A stretch of DNA of 64,000 nucleotides, taken from positions 186,001 through 250,000 of the forward strand of contig JAANOX010000256.1 in NCBI GenBank assembly GCA_020184695.1, given 5' to 3'. Numbering within the stretch: the first letter of the stretch is position 1; each line of letters opens with the position of its first letter. This document shows positions 59,213-64,000 of the stretch, in pieces. The position numbers were made by a program, and so were the translations under genes. The notes under the pieces are model-generated. The model saw only the letters and a program-made list of their open reading frames with translations. It was not told where the DNA came from and searched no databases. Source of the DNA: Histomonas meleagridis 2922-C6/04-290x (taxonomy: Eukaryota > Protista > Parabasalia).

Positions 59213-60137
59213 TTTCTAACGGTCAAGATTATTGAGGAAAATTTCGAATTTGTAAACTATTGAAAGTATTGAAATGTCAGAACATTTCAAACCATTATAA
59301 CGTGTGTTTTTACTTTTTGTGAAACATTTAGTAACGTGTTTTATCCTCGCGGCTTTTTGTATTATGAATGTTTGGCTGAATCTGGACAAAAATTAAAATT
59401 TAAAATTCTTGTCATATATATATAATTATCAATAATAAATAATGAATTAATAATAAAATTACTTAGGATTTATAATATTATAATAAAATTGTTGAATTTA
59501 TTAAATATCTAAGTATAAAAATATTTTATCGCTTTATAGAGTTTTGATTAGTTTACATAATAAAAATATCAAAAAGTTATAATTCTTTGAATGTTGATTA
59601 GTGAACAAAAAAAAAATTAAAACAATCCATTTGTTTTCCAAATTTGAGTAATATATATATAAAATAAATTTTCGAAGCAAGATGAATTCTATTTTAAGTA
59701 ACTTTAATTTGATGATTGATTCTCAGATTCCTAAGAATAGTATATTATTGAATATTTGTATCATTTCCATTTTTTTATAAGAAGTAAATATATGATTTCT
59801 TTTGGATTTAATCTGATTGGTTTCTTCTATTTTATCAATCTCTTTCTTGAAATTTATGTATTTTTCTTATTTTAAAATTAAAATCATTTATCATTTTTAA
59901 TCAACAACATTTCTTTATACTTCATTTTCTGCTGTACAGCATTGGATAAAATGTAAAAAAAAATTGGAATATATTTACTCATATCTACAAATGAAAGAAA
60001 AAAAATCAAAAAGTTCTGCTAAGTTTTTTATTAGTTTGAATTTTAATTTTCGATACTTAAATCAATTTTTTTCTGTTCGATTAATTGATCAATATCATGA
60101 TTCCCATTTTTGCATGCATAAATAAGAGCTGTATATT

Positions 60138-60205
60138 ATAATTTTAATAAAAGCCAAATCTTTTAATGAAACACCAAATAATTTAATAAAAATCTAAATA
60201 AAGTT
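60138..60205 (-). other. 68-nt frameshifting ankyrin-linker insert
   Basis: AACTTTATTTA...ATTTGG...AAATTAT; removal destroys TAA stops and gives QNAWKYTAL. Confidence 0.55.
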
Positions 60206-60307
60206 TCCAAGCATTTTGAGCATTGATATTAATTCCTTCTTGTTCAAGAAGTAATTTAACTGTTTCTGTTTGATCTCTTTGAGAGGCTAAAATAAGTGCT
60301 GTATTAA

Positions 60308-60375
60308 ATATTTTCGATATTTTCCATATGTATATATTAAATATTATATTGCTAAAATAAATTTTAAATAAAACT
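60308..60375 (-). other. 68-nt frameshifting ankyrin-linker insert
   Basis: AGTTTTATTTA...ATATGG...AAAATAT; removal destroys a TAG and gives RCVYFNTAL. Confidence 0.55.
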
Positions 60376-60477
60376 AATAGACACATCTATTATTAATATC
60401 AATTCCCTTTTGTTCAAGAAGCAATTTAATTATTTCAACCTTTCCATTTTCAGATGCAAACATAAGTGCAGTTTTAA

Positions 60478-60528
60478 ATATTTTAAATATTTTCCATATT
60501 TTAATTTGAAATATTAAAACTTTATTAC
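60478..60528 (-). other. 51-nt ankyrin-linker insert (copy B)
   Basis: GTAATAAAG...ATATGG...AAAATAT; removal gives KDNIFKTAL. Confidence 0.55.
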
Positions 60529-60630
60529 AAATATTATCTTTTGCATTAATATCAATTCCCTTTTGTTCAAGAAGCAATTTAATTATTTCAACATTACCTT
60601 TTTCTACTGCGAGAAGAAGTGCAGTTTTAA

Positions 60631-60681
60631 ATATTTTAAATATTTTCCATATTTTAATTTGAAATATTAAAACTTTATTAC
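60631..60681 (-). other. 51-nt ankyrin-linker insert (copy A)
   Basis: Identical to 60478-60528 at a 153-nt offset. Confidence 0.55.
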
Positions 60682-60842
60682 GAATTTTGTTCAAGGGCTT
60701 TCAGAAATCAAACGAATCATTGATTTTATTTTGTTTTAAGAGGAGAATGCAAAAAAGTCACTTTTACACCAAAACAACTTTTTGTGATTATGAAAATAAC
60801 GGCTCCGATAGAGTTTTTTTAGCCACAAATGAATATTTTTCA

Positions 60843-61121
60843 TTAAATTCTGGTGAAAGTTTCTTCTTTTAAATCATTCGCAAATGGATCTTCTTCAATA
60901 TTTGTGATCTATATTCCTTTATTAAACGATGTAATTTCATTAGAATTTTTGTTTTCATCACTAATTTTTGTTTCTCCTGAAAAAACGATGTGCCGATTTG
61001 ATAAATAAATGAACATAACAATAAATATTGTAATAATAACAACAATTATGATACCAATGATAATATAAACATTGTTTGATATTATTACATTAACATTATG
61101 GAAAGAGTTGAAACATTCCAA
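60843..61121 (-). pseudogene. TM plus EEDPF-tail relic of a surface-protein gene
   Basis: YIIIGIIIVVIITIFIVMFIYL TM; in-frame TAG at 60909-60911, then ITNIEEDPFANDLKEETFTRI-stop; no ectodomain upstream. Confidence 0.65.
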
Positions 61122-61380
61122 AATCTATTCTGTGGATTCAAATATACCAAAATAAATAAAAATTTTGATTTGATCAAATCAAAATATATGTCAAATATCT
61201 TATTATCAGAAAAATTAACTATTTATGGAATGTAATTATGGAAGGAATGGGCGAGATTTAATGTAATTGGGCCTAAAATATTTTTATGAAATTTTGAGCA
61301 AAATGTTAAGTTTCTCCATAATTCAATGATTTATTTGAAAGTGCTAGGAAAATTCAGATACCTATTGTTTGCATTTTACC

Positions 61381-63321
61381 ATGTTTCTCTTTTTTTTAGA
61401 GATTGTCCAAATTAGCGAACTTCATCTAAATGCGATCACAAATATGTCATCTTATGTTACATCTATTAATTGGACAAATATCACAGATCTTGATGTGTAT
61501 TACAAGATTTTTAGGCAAATAAGATATTCAAGTGGTAGCTGGTCAGATTGGGAACAAATTAATATGTATCAAGAAACAGAAAAAATAAATGTTTTAAATG
61601 TATATCCAAGTCAAATTGATGGATATAAAGGGCAGGCTTCTAACACAAATACTTCTTACACAACCCATTTAGTTAATTATACATTTGGTGAAGATAAAAA
61701 AATTTATTCGTTACCAAATTCAGCATCATTAAAAGTTTGGCTTGAAGGAGGAACGATTAATGACCACGACACAATTACAGAATTTCAACCAGTTGGAATA
61801 AATCCCAACACAAGCGAGCAAATGATTTTTGTTACACCGATATCGATAAATGATTTCGAATCTAACATAAGTACTAATCCCGATTTTATATACGAATATG
61901 ACATTATCTTTTTTGGCACATGGGAAGGTAGTTCAGGTTATAACATTAAAACAGAAACTGCCGAAAACATAATTTCTGAGTACATAAGCAATGGCTATGG
62001 CGTTATAGCCAGCTGCGACACACTTGGAAACTCTTTTTATGTTAATAATAAAACAGAAAGTTTATTAACGATACGAAATTTATTTGGCGTTGTAACATTT
62101 GGCGCTGATGACAATATCACAGGTACAAATGGAACAACAATACGACCAAATTACACGACAATTCATTCGACGCGAATTATAAATCAACGAAAAGGCTTAT
62201 TAACAACATATCCATATAAACTTTCTAATGACACAATGGAAATCTCTAATTCGAGCACGAATTTAAATGGGATTATCAAAGGCGACATATGGTATAAATA
62301 TGATACAATAGAAGAAGAAAACGAAAGTGATTTTTTAGAGAATAATTTTTATTTATCGACACATAATAATACAGCAATAATTAATTTATGTAATAGTAAT
62401 AATAACACGATAACGAAAGAAGAACTAAAAATATTAACAAATTTAATATATTATTTAAAGAAAAGGAATTATAACACATACATTGATCAAATAACTAAAG
62501 ATACAGAAGCGCCCATCATTCGAGATATATTATATGATCCCACAATATACTCCGCAAAGATTACTGCTGAAGATATCGATTCGACATATAGATACAAAGT
62601 TTTTGCATATTCCGTGTCTAACGAAAGTAATTATGTTGCATCTAATGAAATAACTATAAATATATTAACTGGAATTAATTATTATAATTATACAATTACA
62701 CCAACAGAAAACATCGAAAGAGATAACTTAACAAAGTTAACTAAAGATACAATAATTCCTCTTTCACGAGAACAAATACAAAATGGAATGTATTTGCATA
62801 TATTCGCTGTCGATCGAGTCGGAAACATTGGCGATATTAAAAGTTGGCAAATTCCAATTCCAACTCCGACTCCTTATCCGACTGCTTCTTTATTACCAAG
62901 TAATTTAACATATTCTTTAACAATTACTTTTACAAAATCAATTTCGATGTTTAACTCTTTGTTAAATTATTCATATATAACACAAACAGAAACAATTTCA
63001 AATTTGGTAATAACTTTTACTGAATTAATTGTTTATAATTATTCGTATATATTTTATACTTCGTTTTCCGATTTCTATACTGCTTTTTATAATACTTATC
63101 CAACGTATCTCGGAAAAGATGACATAAGTATTGTCATAATTTCAAGTGTTTCTGTGGTTGTCGCATTAATCATTTGCGCAATTGTGGTTGCTATCATTAT
63201 TGTATATAACAAAAAATATAAAGATGTAAGTAGAAACTCAAATGAAATGGAAGTGGTCAATGAAACAACTGAAAGTTTTTCATTAAATAATTCTTTTAAT
63301 CCAGAAGAAGATAAAAATTAA
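61381..63321 (+). CDS. Single-pass surface protein with a class-I GATase-like/DUF5057-like ectodomain and the BspA-type stalk-TM module
   Basis: Signal MFLFFLEIV; INVLNVYP, YDIIFFGTWEG, YISNGYGVIASCDTLG motifs; PTPTP hinge, LTYSLTITFT/Tyr-rich stalk, TM IVIISSVSVVVALIICAIVVAIIIVY. The domain name comes from recalled motif similarity only. Confidence 0.7.
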   Translation: MFLFFLEIVQISELHLNAITNMSSYVTSINWTNITDLDVYYKIFRQIRYSSGSWSDWEQINMYQETEKINVLNVYPSQIDGYKGQASNTNTSYTTHLVNYTFGEDKKIYSLPNSASLKVWLEGGTINDHDTITEFQPVGINPNTSEQMIFVTPISINDFESNISTNPDFIYEYDIIFFGTWEGSSGYNIKTETAENIISEYISNGYGVIASCDTLGNSFYVNNKTESLLTIRNLFGVVTFGADDNITGTNGTTIRPNYTTIHSTRIINQRKGLLTTYPYKLSNDTMEISNSSTNLNGIIKGDIWYKYDTIEEENESDFLENNFYLSTHNNTAIINLCNSNNNTITKEELKILTNLIYYLKKRNYNTYIDQITKDTEAPIIRDILYDPTIYSAKITAEDIDSTYRYKVFAYSVSNESNYVASNEITINILTGINYYNYTITPTENIERDNLTKLTKDTIIPLSREQIQNGMYLHIFAVDRVGNIGDIKSWQIPIPTPTPYPTASLLPSNLTYSLTITFTKSISMFNSLLNYSYITQTETISNLVITFTELIVYNYSYIFYTSFSDFYTAFYNTYPTYLGKDDISIVIISSVSVVVALIICAIVVAIIIVYNKKYKDVSRNSNEMEVVNETTESFSLNNSFNPEEDKN

Positions 63322-63677
63322 AATTGATGATGTGAAGCTGTCTATCGTACATTCAAAAATGTGTGTAAAATTCTGAATTTCACTTTTTCAAAGTTGAAAG
63401 CAGTTTATATCTTTGTTGTATAAACAAAATAATTATTCTGTTTAATAAAATTATTATAATTTGTTTGTATATGTTTTTTAAGAGTTGCTTCGAAAAAGTT
63501 CTGATTTGGGAAATCAAATAAAAATTAAAATATTTGTTATATCAACATAGTTCTATGCAAGGATAAAGTTATGTGAATTTTTGCTCTACAGATTTTGAAA
63601 AGTAATTTCTTTTGAGGTACTCATTTTCGCTATTTTTTATTGTTTTTAAATAGTTAAATATTGCTTTAACAAGTTTT

Positions 63678-64000
63678 TTATTTATTTCTAAGAAATAGCT
63701 TATTAATTTTTTCTTTTTTGATAAAAACTTTTTTATTTTTATTTTTATTACTTCGTAATTCTTCATAATATGGAGAAAATATAGTTTGAATATTTGAAGG
63801 TGTATTCAAAAGCATTGTCCTAAATAATTGATATAAAACAAACGAACATCTTTTACATCAACTTCAATTCCTTTTGCAATAAGAGATTTAATAATTACTT
63901 CTTTATTTTGAAAAGGTTTTTCGATTGCATAAAAAAGTGCTGTTTGAAATAATTTGAATAATATTATTTTGGTATACAAAAATTTTAAAATACATATTGT
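63678..64000 (-). pseudogene. 3' part of a third ankyrin-repeat gene with linker inserts (runs off the window end)
   Basis: FQTALFYAIEKPFQNKEVIIKSLIAKGIEVDVKDVRLFY; flanked by AT-rich non-ankyrin segments, the downstream one containing a TGA. Not captured by the ORF track. Confidence 0.6.

Larger units (their letters stand above)
60043..60694 (-). pseudogene. Ankyrin-repeat gene fragment (4 repeats), each preceded by an AT-rich insert
   Basis: TALLLAVEKGNVEIIKLLLEQ, TALMFASENGKVEIIKLLLEQ, TALILASQRDQTETVKLLLEQ, TALIYACKNGNHDI. The 5' end is damaged by a deletion near 60685 and no start codon is evident. Confidence 0.7.

Noticed and set aside
49183-60911. Stop-codon reassignment as the explanation for in-frame TGA/TAG/TAA
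   Set aside because: TAA, TAG and TGA all end intact genes in this window, and the 68-nt inserts also shift the frame, which readthrough cannot fix.
63569-63766. 65-aa minus-strand ORF
   Set aside because: Lys/Ile-rich translation of A-rich DNA, in a different frame from the adjacent ankyrin fragment.

Overview
AT-rich, gene-dense eukaryotic DNA from a parabasalid protist (Trichomonas/Tritrichomonas-like). The assignment rests on an IBP39-type initiator-binding-domain gene, BspA (TpLRR) surface proteins, DUF3447-type ankyrin genes, a multi-TM class III cyclase, intron-poor genes and Inr/M2/M3/M5-like core promoter motifs. Housekeeping genes: class II-like eIF4E, NME7, DNA polymerase alpha, OST5/TMEM258, actin, tetraspanin, CRM1-like and exportin-T-like karyopherins, copine, P5C reductase. 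Accessory content: a ~2,930-aa repeat protein, several intact or decayed BspA genes, and a GATase/DUF5057-like surface protein. The most striking signal is at three ankyrin loci (~49.1-49.4 kb, ~60.0-60.7 kb, ~63.7-64.0 kb). There every canonical repeat is interrupted at the same linker position by a 48-68 nt AT-rich insert. The inserts lack GT-AG ends and the trichomonad ACTAAC branch motif, often contain stops or shift the frame, and share fixed-position nucleotide motifs. At the five complete inserts one common junction removes every stop and restores 34-aa repeats, so they are candidate non-canonical introns. Six single-base homopolymer indels (actin x4, giant protein, one BspA) look like assembly errors. 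No rRNA, tRNA, CRISPR or transposase was recognised.
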